Positions 36,152 to 44,247 of a DNA stretch of 64,000 bases are shown here, piece by piece; positions within the stretch are counted from its first letter, which is position 1; each line of letters opens with the position of its first letter. The stretch lies in NCBI GenBank assembly GCA_016184225.1, contig JACPDA010000004.1, positions 279,927 to 343,926 on the forward strand. Reading direction: 5' to 3'. The stretch comes from Candidatus Daviesbacteria bacterium (GTDB lineage Bacteria > Patescibacteriota > Microgenomatia > Daviesbacterales > UBA10151). A program made the translations under genes and the position numbers. Below the pieces are notes generated by a model, which saw nothing but the letters and a program-made list of their open reading frames with translations, was not told where the DNA came from and did not search any database.

Positions 36152-36988
36152 ATGGAAAGTGTATTGTTCCAAACTTCTTTAATAGCCGCATTCGTGGCAG
36201 GGATGGTAGCCCTGTTTGCTCCTTGTTGCATCACTTTCTTACTTCCAGCATATTTAGGCAGTGTTTTTAAGGAAAAAGAAAAGGTTATTTTAATGACCTT
36301 GGTTTTTGGGGCCGGGATTTTTGTAGTACTTTTGCCTGCGGTATTAGGGGTAGCTTTTGTTTCAAAACTGCTTTTCCGCTATCATGACATGATTTACATT
36401 GTAGGGGGAATTATCATGCTGGCGGTGGCGGTGACGACCTTCTTAGGTATTAAGCTGCCAATGCCGAATTTGAGCGGAATCAATGCCAGCGGAAAAACCG
36501 ATGTGGTGTCAATTTTTACTTTGGGGATGGTGTCCGGGATTACCAGCGCTTGTTGTGCACCGGTTTTGATCGGTATTATGACTTTGACCCTTTTATCTCC
36601 TACCTTCTTTGGGGCCTTGCTGGTAGGAGGGATGTATGTTTTGGGTATGGTGGTGCCACTACTCCTCATTGCGGTTTTTCTATCCGATAAGATGCCTAAA
36701 TTTACGCTTCTCAGAAAGCCTGTTTTAGATTTAAGGCTGTTTGGCAAAACTTATGTAGTGATAATGAGCAATCTAGTGGCAGCGATTGTTTTTCTGATCA
36801 CCGGGTTACTGGCTTTAGGGTTGACAGTGACAGGGAAATTATCTGCCGAAAATATGGACGTGTTCACCAAGACTATTACTAATGCCCTAAACAGCGTTAA
36901 CGGCATGCTGGGAAATAATATTTTTATTAATATTTTGTTTGTAGGAGTATTAATTTACTTTATTTATTGGATATCAAAAAGAGTGTAG
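36152..36988 (+). CDS. DsbD/CcdA-like (DsbD_2) transmembrane thiol-disulfide transporter
   Basis: ~8 TM helices; Cys motifs in TM1 (FAPCCITFLLP) and TM4 (SACCAPVLIG), as in CcdA/DsbD-beta. Confidence 0.6.
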   Translation: MESVLFQTSLIAAFVAGMVALFAPCCITFLLPAYLGSVFKEKEKVILMTLVFGAGIFVVLLPAVLGVAFVSKLLFRYHDMIYIVGGIIMLAVAVTTFLGIKLPMPNLSGINASGKTDVVSIFTLGMVSGITSACCAPVLIGIMTLTLLSPTFFGALLVGGMYVLGMVVPLLLIAVFLSDKMPKFTLLRKPVLDLRLFGKTYVVIMSNLVAAIVFLITGLLALGLTVTGKLSAENMDVFTKTITNALNSVNGMLGNNIFINILFVGVLIYFIYWISKRV

Positions 36989-37014
36989 TATGGATTATGA
37001 GGAGGTGAGAACAA

Positions 37015-37143
37015 ATGATGGGTTGGGGATATGGCTTCGGGGGAATGATGAATTCAGGATTGGGATCCATTTTTGGGATTATAGTCTTAATAGACCTGAT
37101 CCTTTTAGGTATTTGGCTTTGGAAACAAATAAGTAGGAGGTGA
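37015..37143 (+). CDS. small Gly-rich membrane peptide (42 aa), not in the supplied ORF track
   Basis: Strong SD GAGGAGGTGA 5 nt upstream. MMGWGYGFGGMMNSGLGSIFGIIVLIDLILLGIWLWKQISRR: one TM helix. Confidence 0.5.
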   Translation: MMGWGYGFGGMMNSGLGSIFGIIVLIDLILLGIWLWKQISRR

Positions 37144-37149
37144 GAAAAA

Positions 37150-37413
37150 ATGTTAAATGCAAAAGCTTTTGCTAATGCGGCTGCGGCTGTAATGGCTGTT
37201 TGGGTGGTGGCTTGTGCTCTGCTGGCGTATATAGCACCAGGCCTATTATTTACAGTGGCTCAGTCATGGACACACACTATGAATCTTGAAGCAGTGAGAT
37301 CAACCTTCACTCCTAATCTGGGATTATTACTTTTGGGCTTAATAAGCGCAGTAGGACTGACTTGGCTGACAACATACGGGACGATTGTCCTGTATAACCG
37401 CTGGGCAAAGTAA
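37150..37413 (+). CDS. small two-TM membrane protein (87 aa)
   Basis: SD GTAGGAGGTGA upstream; two hydrophobic helices. Confidence 0.5.
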   Translation: MLNAKAFANAAAAVMAVWVVACALLAYIAPGLLFTVAQSWTHTMNLEAVRSTFTPNLGLLLLGLISAVGLTWLTTYGTIVLYNRWAK

Positions 37414-37433
37414 TTCATGGAAAGGAGACTATC

Positions 37434-37793
37434 ATGAGTTTGGATAAAATACTGGTGGGTCTTTTTGGCCTTTTGGGAATAGTATTTACCTACTGGTTTT
37501 TTCTGATGAAGAAGGAAAAGCCAGTTAATGTGGCTAGTGAGATAGATATTACTGTGTCCGGTGGATATTCACCGGAAGTTATCTCTATACCTTTGGCCAA
37601 AACCACGAAAATTAATTTTACAAGAACCGATCCAACGGATTGTCTTTCAGAGGTGGTTTTGTCAGATTTTCGAATAAAAAAAGAACTGCCCCTGAATAAA
37701 AAGGTAACTATAGAAATAACTCCTGAAAAAGCAGGAGAATTTAAGTTTACTTGTGGTATGAATATGTATCACGGGAAGATTATTGTTAGGTGA
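37434..37793 (+). CDS. cupredoxin-like domain protein (membrane-anchored), CopA-associated
   Basis: N-terminal TM. C-terminal FTCGMNMYHGKIIV resembles cupredoxin-type Cu ligands (C…H…M). Paralogous to the C-terminal domain of the 41913-42944 protein. Confidence 0.55.
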   Translation: MSLDKILVGLFGLLGIVFTYWFFLMKKEKPVNVASEIDITVSGGYSPEVISIPLAKTTKINFTRTDPTDCLSEVVLSDFRIKKELPLNKKVTIEITPEKAGEFKFTCGMNMYHGKIIVR

Positions 37794-37805
37794 TATAGGA
37801 AGATT

Positions 37806-40001
37806 ATGGAAACTAAAAAGACTTTTCCCATCAAAGGTATGCACTGCGCTTCTTGTGTACGGGTAATTGAGAAGTCGCTCTCAGAGGTAGCGGGAGTTTC
37901 CAGCGCAACAGTTAATCTGGCCACTGAGCAAGCCAGCGTTACTTATGATCCAAAGATTGTAACCGATCAGGTTTTATCATCAGCTGTTGAGGGTGTCGGT
38001 TATAAAGCAGAGCTTGAGCAAAAACTTAAGACTGATATGGAGCAAAAGGAGGAAAAGAAAAAAGAGTTAAGTAAATTGCGCAATAAAGTAGTGTTTAGTT
38101 TGGTTTTAGGTGGGGTGGTTGTGGCAGGGGGGTTTTTGGGAATGCCGGCCTGGATGCAGCTTGTTTTGGCTGCCCCGGTGCAATTTTGGGCAGGATTAGA
38201 ATTTTATAAAGCAACTATACCTGCTTTAAAACATCGGACCGCTAATATGGATACCCTTGTGGCAATAGGCACCTCGGTGGCTTTTGGATATTCAGCATTT
38301 GTAACTGTTTTTCCAGATGTTATCAGAAAAGTAGGGGTAGAACCTGCTCCATATTTTGATGTTTCCACTATTATTATTGGCTTGATTTTATTGGGGCGTT
38401 ACTTTGAAGCAAAAGCCAAAGCCGGTACATCTGAGGCAATCAAAAGGTTAATTGGCTTACAGGCCAAAACAGCCAGGGTAGTCAAAGATGGCCAGGAAAT
38501 TGATATCCCAATTTCGGAAGTTTCGGCTGGCATGGTGATTAGAGTGAGGCCGGGAGAGAAGATCCCGGTGGACGGGGAAATTTTGGAAGGGGAGTCCAGT
38601 ATTGACGAGTCTATGGTCACAGGTGAAAGCATACCGGTTGATAAGGCCAAAGGTGATAGTGTAGTGGGAGCAACCTTAAATAAAACCGGGACATTTACCT
38701 TTCAGGCTACTAAAGTTGGAAGGGATACGTTGCTTTCGCAAATAATCAAGTTGGTGGAAGAAGCTCAAAGTTCTAAGGCGCCTATCCAGAGACTGGCAGA
38801 CCTAATTTCTTCATATTTCGTACCGGTGGTGATTATGCTGGCGATTGCTACGTTTGTACTTTGGTATGTAGTCGGGCCGCAACCGGCATTCTTGTTTGCC
38901 ATGCTTAATATGGTGGCAGTTTTAATAATCGCCTGTCCTTGTGCCATGGGTTTGGCTACTCCGACTGCCATTATGGTGGGAACAGGTATTGGGGCAGAGA
39001 AGGGGATTTTGATAAAAGATGCCGAGAGTTTAGAAACAGCCCACAAAGTTAACACAGTGGTGTTTGATAAAACTGGGACGTTAACTAATGGAAAGCCAGT
39101 GGTGACTGATGTACTAGTGCAAAGTGCAAAGTTCAAAGTGCAAAGTGTTTTGCAAGCGGCAGCTTCGCTTGAGAAAGGGTCAGAGCATTCTTTGGCAGAA
39201 GCTATTGTAAATAAAGCCGAAGAGGAAAAGATTGACTTAAAGAAAGTGGAGAAGTTTAAAGCTATTCCGGGACATGGAGTGGAAGGTCTGATTGAAGGGA
39301 AAAAAGTGGTTCTGGGGAACAGGAGACTGATGCAGAGGGAAAAGATTCAAATTAATGAGAAAGAAATTGAGAAACTAGAGAATGAAGGAAAAACAGTAAT
39401 GATGCTTGGTGTAAACGGAAAACTGGCCGGCTTGATTGCAGTGGCAGATACTTTAAAGACAAGCTCAAAAGAAGCTGTGAATAAGTTACAGAAGATGGGG
39501 ATAGAAGTAGCTATGATAACAGGAGATAACAAAAGAACAGCCCAGGCTATTGCTGCTCAAGTCGGGATAAAAAGAGTTTTAGCAGAGGTTTTACCTGATG
39601 AAAAAGAAAAAGAAGTTAAAAAGCTACAAACTGAAGGTAAAAGAGTAGGTTTTGTGGGTGATGGGATCAATGATGCCCCGGCACTGGCCGTCTCAGATGT
39701 AGGTATTGCCATGGGTTCAGGAACAGATGTGGCGATTGAAGCAGGTGATATTACCTTGATAAATAAAGATTTAAGTTCTGTGGCTTCAGCCATCAATTTA
39801 TCCAAAAAAACCATGAGAACAATTAAGCTTAACCTTTTCTGGGCATTTGGATATAATATTATTTTGATACCGGTGGCTATGGGAATTTTATATCCTGTCT
39901 TTCAAGTTTTAATGAGTCCGATACTGGCATCAGCAGCAATGGCACTGAGTTCAATATCAGTTGTTTCCAACTCGTTACTGCTTAAGAAATATAAAATATA
40001 A
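37806..40001 (+). CDS. copA: copper-translocating P1B-type ATPase
   Basis: N-terminal HMA (GMHCASCV), TM CPC motif ([12 protein letters not shown]), DKTGTLT phosphorylation site, GDGINDAP hinge. Contains a (GTGCAAA)x4 repeat. Confidence 0.9.
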   Translation: METKKTFPIKGMHCASCVRVIEKSLSEVAGVSSATVNLATEQASVTYDPKIVTDQVLSSAVEGVGYKAELEQKLKTDMEQKEEKKKELSKLRNKVVFSLVLGGVVVAGGFLGMPAWMQLVLAAPVQFWAGLEFYKATIPALKHRTANMDTLVAIGTSVAFGYSAFVTVFPDVIRKVGVEPAPYFDVSTIIIGLILLGRYFEAKAKAGTSEAIKRLIGLQAKTARVVKDGQEIDIPISEVSAGMVIRVRPGEKIPVDGEILEGESSIDESMVTGESIPVDKAKGDSVVGATLNKTGTFTFQATKVGRDTLLSQIIKLVEEAQSSKAPIQRLADLISSYFVPVVIMLAIATFVLWYVVGPQPAFLFAMLNMVAVLIIACPCAMGLATPTAIMVGTGIGAEKGILIKDAESLETAHKVNTVVFDKTGTLTNGKPVVTDVLVQSAKFKVQSVLQAAASLEKGSEHSLAEAIVNKAEEEKIDLKKVEKFKAIPGHGVEGLIEGKKVVLGNRRLMQREKIQINEKEIEKLENEGKTVMMLGVNGKLAGLIAVADTLKTSSKEAVNKLQKMGIEVAMITGDNKRTAQAIAAQVGIKRVLAEVLPDEKEKEVKKLQTEGKRVGFVGDGINDAPALAVSDVGIAMGSGTDVAIEAGDITLINKDLSSVASAINLSKKTMRTIKLNLFWAFGYNIILIPVAMGILYPVFQVLMSPILASAAMALSSISVVSNSLLLKKYKI
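39117..39144. repeat. tandem heptamer (GTGCAAA)x4 (one GTTCAAA variant) inside the copA CDS
   Basis: Encodes SAKFKVQSV at the junction to the N-domain. Confidence 0.8.
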
Positions 40002-40021
40002 TTTGAATAGGCATTTCTTTG

Positions 40022-40069
40022 TTGACAAAAAAGCAAGTTAGATATAGTATTTGAAGAGTGGTTCAAATA
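40022..40069 (+). promoter_or_regulatory. promoter TTGACA-17-TAGTAT with 8-bp inverted repeat TATTTGAA-N6-TTCAAATA (putative ArsR-type operator) overlapping the -10/+1
   Basis: -35 at 40022-40027, -10 at 40045-40050. IR arms at 40048-40055 / 40062-40069, ending 2 nt before the regulator ATG. Confidence 0.6.
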
Positions 40070-40071
40070 CT

Positions 40072-40377
40072 ATGATAAACTATCAACAAATCAAAAAAGA
40101 GTTAAGAAATAAAAAAGAGCTGATAAAATGTGCCAAGTGCTTAGGTATAATAGGTGATCCAACCAGATTAAAAATTTGCTATCTTCTTTGCCATTATCCG
40201 GAGTTGAATGTTTCTTCCATGGCTAAGATTCTAAATGCCTCGGTATCGGTAGTTTCTCATAGTATAAGAAAACTACTAGATTTGAAGTTAGTACAGAGGA
40301 GAAAAGATGCTCAGACAGTTTATTATTCCTTAAACAGCAATGATTTTACTACAACGTTGAAAGGCTTCATTACGTAA
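40072..40377 (+). CDS. ArsR/SmtB-family metal-responsive transcriptional regulator (candidate MerR-function regulator)
   Basis: HTH (…LKICYLLCHYPELNVSSMAKILNASVSVVSHSIRKL…) with Cys ligands (CAKC, CxLLC). The track start 40051 is a TTG; ATG at 40072 preferred. Confidence 0.75.
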   Translation: MINYQQIKKELRNKKELIKCAKCLGIIGDPTRLKICYLLCHYPELNVSSMAKILNASVSVVSHSIRKLLDLKLVQRRKDAQTVYYSLNSNDFTTTLKGFIT

Positions 40378-40424
40378 GTAACAAACTTGTTTACGTTTTT
40401 GCGTAGCAGAAAGGAGGAAAAATT

Positions 40425-40445
40425 ATGTGTCCAAGTTGCGGCTAA
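40425..40445 (+). CDS. 6-codon mini-ORF MCPSCG with optimal SD, in frame with and 3 nt upstream of merA
   Basis: AAGGAGG 8 nt upstream of the ATG. ATG-TGT-CCA-AGT-TGC-GGC-TAA, then AAT, then the merA ATG in the same frame. merA has no SD of its own. Confidence 0.4.
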   Translation: MCPSCG

Positions 40446-40448
40446 AAT

Positions 40449-41906
40449 ATGAATGATGAAAATTTCGATTTAATTATTATTGGTGGAGGAGCTGGGGCAT
40501 TTGCAGCTGCTATTAAAGCTAATGAGCTAGATGCAAAAACATTGATGGTTAATCAGGGGCTTCCTTTGGGTGGAACCTGTGTAAATGTTGGTTGCGTGCC
40601 ATCAAAAACTCTACTTTGGGCAGGAGAAGTAATGCATCTTGCCAAAAGCCACAATATTCCAGGGATTGATATAGAAGTTAAAAACTTTGATTTTGCAACT
40701 GTTGTCCAGCATGAACTCGATCTTGTAGCTAAACTTAGAGCTGAAAAGTATGAGAAAGTCTTAAATGGTTTAGAAAATGTTACCCACTTAGAAGGTAAAG
40801 CTAGTTTCGTTTCTCCTAACGAGATTGAAGTTGTTGGTCAAAAGTATCGAGCTAAGAAGTTTATTTCCGACAGGAAAGAAGCTCGCACGACTTTTAAGTT
40901 GAAGAGATTCATCATTGCAGCCGGATCAACTGCAACTGTACCACCGATTGAAAATATACATGAAGTTGGATATTTGACTCATATTGAGGCTTTACAGATT
41001 AAAAATCTTCCTAAGGAACTTATTATAGTTGGCGCAGGGCCTTTGGGACTGGAGTTTGCTCAAATGTATGCCCGTCTCGGTACTAAAGTAACTGTTTTGC
41101 AAAAGAATGTTTCTATTTTCCCTCCGGCAGAAAGAGAACTTACAGATCGTTTGGCCGAAATACTTGACCTAGAGGGCATAACTATTAAAACAAATGTTCA
41201 AATAAAATCTGCCCGTAAGGAAGACAATAGAAAAGTCCTCACTTATATTGTCGGAGATACACAAGAGGAAGTATCAGCAGATGAGATATTACTTGCAACA
41301 GGTAAAACTCCAAATACCCAAGGATTAGCTCTTGATAAAGCATATGTGGAGACGGATGAAAAACAATCCATCAAGGTAAACCCTCAATTTCAAACATCTC
41401 AGCCATACATTTTTGCAGTAGGCGATGTAATAAACCTACCTTTAAGACAAGAACCCACAGCAGGTAGGGAAGGGACACTTGCTGCAGAAAATGCTTTAAG
41501 CAATACGCAAAATACCATTGACTACAATACTGTACCCTGGACTATCTTTACTGATCCACAACTGGCAGGAGTGGGATTTACTGAAGATCAGCAGATGGAA
41601 AAATTTGGTACTTGTATGTGTAAGACTGTCTCTTTTACAGATGTTCCAAAAGCTTTAATTATCAATCGAACTGAGGGCCTAATTAAAATGGCAATCCATC
41701 CTCAAACAAAACAAATTATGGGAGTACACATTCTAGCTCCGAATGCAGGAGAGCTAGTTGCTCAAGCGATGGTACTTATTAAAAATAAAAGTACAATTGA
41801 TGATGTAGTAAACTCCTTGCCAATGTTTCCAACGCTTTCAGAAGCAATTAAAATTGCAGCATTGTCTTTTACTAAGGATATATCTAAACTAAGTTGTTGT
41901 ATCTAA
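40449..41906 (+). CDS. merA: mercuric reductase MerA (core enzyme, no NmerA domain)
   Basis: Class I pyridine-nucleotide disulfide oxidoreductase. Redox-active GGTCVNVGCVPSK identical to the MerA active site. C-terminal vicinal cysteines …KLSCCI match the MerA …LSCCAG tail that distinguishes MerA from LpdA/GR. Confidence 0.7.
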   Translation: MNDENFDLIIIGGGAGAFAAAIKANELDAKTLMVNQGLPLGGTCVNVGCVPSKTLLWAGEVMHLAKSHNIPGIDIEVKNFDFATVVQHELDLVAKLRAEKYEKVLNGLENVTHLEGKASFVSPNEIEVVGQKYRAKKFISDRKEARTTFKLKRFIIAAGSTATVPPIENIHEVGYLTHIEALQIKNLPKELIIVGAGPLGLEFAQMYARLGTKVTVLQKNVSIFPPAERELTDRLAEILDLEGITIKTNVQIKSARKEDNRKVLTYIVGDTQEEVSADEILLATGKTPNTQGLALDKAYVETDEKQSIKVNPQFQTSQPYIFAVGDVINLPLRQEPTAGREGTLAAENALSNTQNTIDYNTVPWTIFTDPQLAGVGFTEDQQMEKFGTCMCKTVSFTDVPKALIINRTEGLIKMAIHPQTKQIMGVHILAPNAGELVAQAMVLIKNKSTIDDVVNSLPMFPTLSEAIKIAALSFTKDISKLSCCI

Positions 41907-41912
41907 AATTAT

Positions 41913-42944
41913 ATGGATCTTTGGGTAATATTTCTAACCGGTTTAACAGTGGGAGGAGTCAGTTGCATGGCAGTGCAGGGAGGTCTTTTGGCCTCTACTA
42001 TTGCTGCCAGGGAAGAAGAAGATATCCGGGCTGGTATTAATCATAAGCACACTATCTGGCCAACCTTAGCCTTTTTAGCTACCAAATTTGTTGCCTATTT
42101 AATCTTGGGGTTTATCTTAGGTAGCTTTGGTTCGGCTTTGGCTTTATCCGACAGTGCCAGGATTGTCATGCAGATTGCGGCAGCCATATACATGATACTG
42201 GTGGCACTTAATCTTCTAAATGTTCACCCTATTTTTAGGTATGCTGTTATACAGCCTCCCAGGTTTCTATCCAAGTTGGTTCGGAGTCAATCCAAAAGCA
42301 AGGATCTATTTGCACCGGCCGCTTTAGGCGCGTTGACTATCTTTATACCTTGCGGTACAACTTTGGCTATGGAAGCCTTTGCCATCTCTTCCGGAAGTCC
42401 GCTGCTCGGGGCAACCATCATGGGGGTATTTGTTTTAGGGACAGCTCCGCTATTTTTTGGGCTGGGATTTCTGACTACAGTATTGGGAGATGCATTTAGG
42501 ACTAAATTTCTGAAACTGGCCGGGGTGGCAGTTTTGTATTTAGGGATAACTTCTCTGAATGGGGGTTTAGTGGTAGCCGGCTCCCCTGTTACTTTGCAAA
42601 CAATTGCCGATAGCTCCCCGATCCAGATTGATTTAAGCGGAGGGTCGGCTGAGCAACAGGGTAGTTTGCAAGCTGCAAACGGCACGCAGGAAGTTAATGT
42701 CCAGGCTTTGGCAAATGGGTACAGTCCAAATTATGTTCAAATTAAAGCCGGTGTGCCGGTGAAGTTAAACTTAATAGCCGGGGCCAGGCTGGGTTGTACT
42801 TCTCAATTTCGGATTCCTTCTCTGGGGATTAGTCGGAGTCTGATTCCCAATACTGTTAGCACTATTGAATTTGTCCCGCCAAAGGGTAAAATTATCGGCA
42901 CTTGTGCAATGGGGATGTTTTATGTGACTATGGAGGCAGTTTAA
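41913..42944 (+). CDS. DsbD/CcdA-like membrane permease fused to C-terminal cupredoxin-like domain (candidate Hg/Cu uptake component)
   Basis: N-terminal ~7 TM with Cys in TM1 (GVSCMAV) and TM4 (FIPCGTT). C-terminal domain (…YSPNYVQIKAGVPVKL…GCTSQF…GTCAMGMFYVTMEAV) is paralogous to 37434-37793. Confidence 0.55.
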   Translation: MDLWVIFLTGLTVGGVSCMAVQGGLLASTIAAREEEDIRAGINHKHTIWPTLAFLATKFVAYLILGFILGSFGSALALSDSARIVMQIAAAIYMILVALNLLNVHPIFRYAVIQPPRFLSKLVRSQSKSKDLFAPAALGALTIFIPCGTTLAMEAFAISSGSPLLGATIMGVFVLGTAPLFFGLGFLTTVLGDAFRTKFLKLAGVAVLYLGITSLNGGLVVAGSPVTLQTIADSSPIQIDLSGGSAEQQGSLQAANGTQEVNVQALANGYSPNYVQIKAGVPVKLNLIAGARLGCTSQFRIPSLGISRSLIPNTVSTIEFVPPKGKIIGTCAMGMFYVTMEAV

Positions 42945-42956
42945 ACTCCTCCCTCT

Positions 42957-43004
42957 GTCATTCTGAGCGATTAGTCCCGATTTAATCGGGATTAGCGAAG
43001 AATC
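42957..43004 (+). repeat. hairpin repeat family copy 3 (GTCATTCTGAGCGA-[inserted CCCGATTTAATCGGG hairpin]-GCGAAGAATC)
   Basis: Stem ATTCT/AGAAT. The conserved loop is interrupted by a 26-nt insertion carrying a 7-bp palindrome. Confidence 0.7.
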
Positions 43005-43009
43005 TAATT

Positions 43010-43228
43010 ATGGATAAAAAGAAATTTAAAATTACCGGCATGCATTGTTCTTCCTGTGCCTTGACAATAGACATGGATTTAGAGGATCTCCCGGGGGTTA
43101 AATCTGCCAGCACCTCTTATGCCAAAGCAGAAACAGAAGTTGAATTTGATCCGGACAAGGTGACAGATAATTTAGTCCTGACAACCATTAAAAAAAGCGG
43201 ATATGAGGCTGTGCCCGTTGATTTTTAA
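43010..43228 (+). CDS. copZ: heavy-metal-associated domain protein (CopZ/MerP-like metallochaperone)
   Basis: GMHCSSCA MxCxxC motif, 72 aa ferredoxin-like fold. Confidence 0.8.
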   Translation: MDKKKFKITGMHCSSCALTIDMDLEDLPGVKSASTSYAKAETEVEFDPDKVTDNLVLTTIKKSGYEAVPVDF

Positions 43229-43263
43229 TTCCGTACCCTGTACCCTGTAACCTATACCCTAAA

Positions 43264-44247
43264 ATGTTTGACCTAATCTCCATTGGTGATGCCAGGATTG
43301 ATAATTTTGTCCACCTGCCAAAAGCGCATATAAGTTGCACCTTAAATAAGGAGCGTTGTGAAATATGTTTTAATTACGGGGATAAAATTCCGATAGATGA
43401 TGTTAAAACCTTAACTGCCGGAAATAACAATAATAATGCTATCGGTTCAGCCAGATTAAAGATGAAAACCGCCCTCTATGGAAATATCGGCGGAGATGCT
43501 AATGGGAAAATGATTTTAGAGCATCTAAAGATAGAGGGGGTCGATATAAGGTATATGGTAGTTAATAAAGATGTGGCCACCGAGCAATCAATAGTAATTA
43601 ATTATCAAGGGGAGCGAACGATTTTGGTTTATCATTATCCTTGGGATTATCATCTGCCTGATTTAGACAAGGGTAGGTGGGTTTATTTTTCTTCTGTTTC
43701 CTTTTCATTTTCTAAGACCCCCTTGGTTCCTCAGATAGAACAATATATCGAAAGAGTTGGAGCAAATTTGGTTTATACACCGGGGACACACCAGCTCAAT
43801 TTTGGAGTTAGAAAATTTCCCAAGCTGCTTTCTTTAACAAAAGTTTTAATTGTCAATAAAGAGGAGGCTAAAAAGATTTTGGGGGTAGATGAAACTAAAA
43901 AGGCGGATATCAAGAGGCTGCTTTCAGGGTTAGCTGATTTAGGGCCTAGGATGGTAGTGATTACCGATGGAGGAGATGGGTCATATGGGTTTGATGGGAA
44001 TAAATTTTACCAAATTGGGCTTTTTCCGGCAGAGCTTCTGGAAATGACTGGTGCAGGGGATGCTTATGCAACGGGGTTGATTGCTGGACTGTTTCATGGA
44101 AAAGATCTAGCGGAAGCCATGAGGTGGGGCGCAGCTAACGGTGCAGCGGTGGTGGAAAAGATTGGTCCGCAAGAGGGCCTTTTAACGCTAAACCAGATGC
44201 AGGAAAGATTAAAGATAAACTCTAAAATTACCTCTAAAGAGATTTAG
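43264..44247 (+). CDS. PfkB-family carbohydrate kinase (ribokinase-like)
   Basis: C-terminal ATP motif EMTGAGDAYATGLIAGL and N-terminal GG di-Gly lid (GNIGGDANG). Confidence 0.75.
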   Translation: MFDLISIGDARIDNFVHLPKAHISCTLNKERCEICFNYGDKIPIDDVKTLTAGNNNNNAIGSARLKMKTALYGNIGGDANGKMILEHLKIEGVDIRYMVVNKDVATEQSIVINYQGERTILVYHYPWDYHLPDLDKGRWVYFSSVSFSFSKTPLVPQIEQYIERVGANLVYTPGTHQLNFGVRKFPKLLSLTKVLIVNKEEAKKILGVDETKKADIKRLLSGLADLGPRMVVITDGGDGSYGFDGNKFYQIGLFPAELLEMTGAGDAYATGLIAGLFHGKDLAEAMRWGAANGAAVVEKIGPQEGLLTLNQMQERLKINSKITSKEI

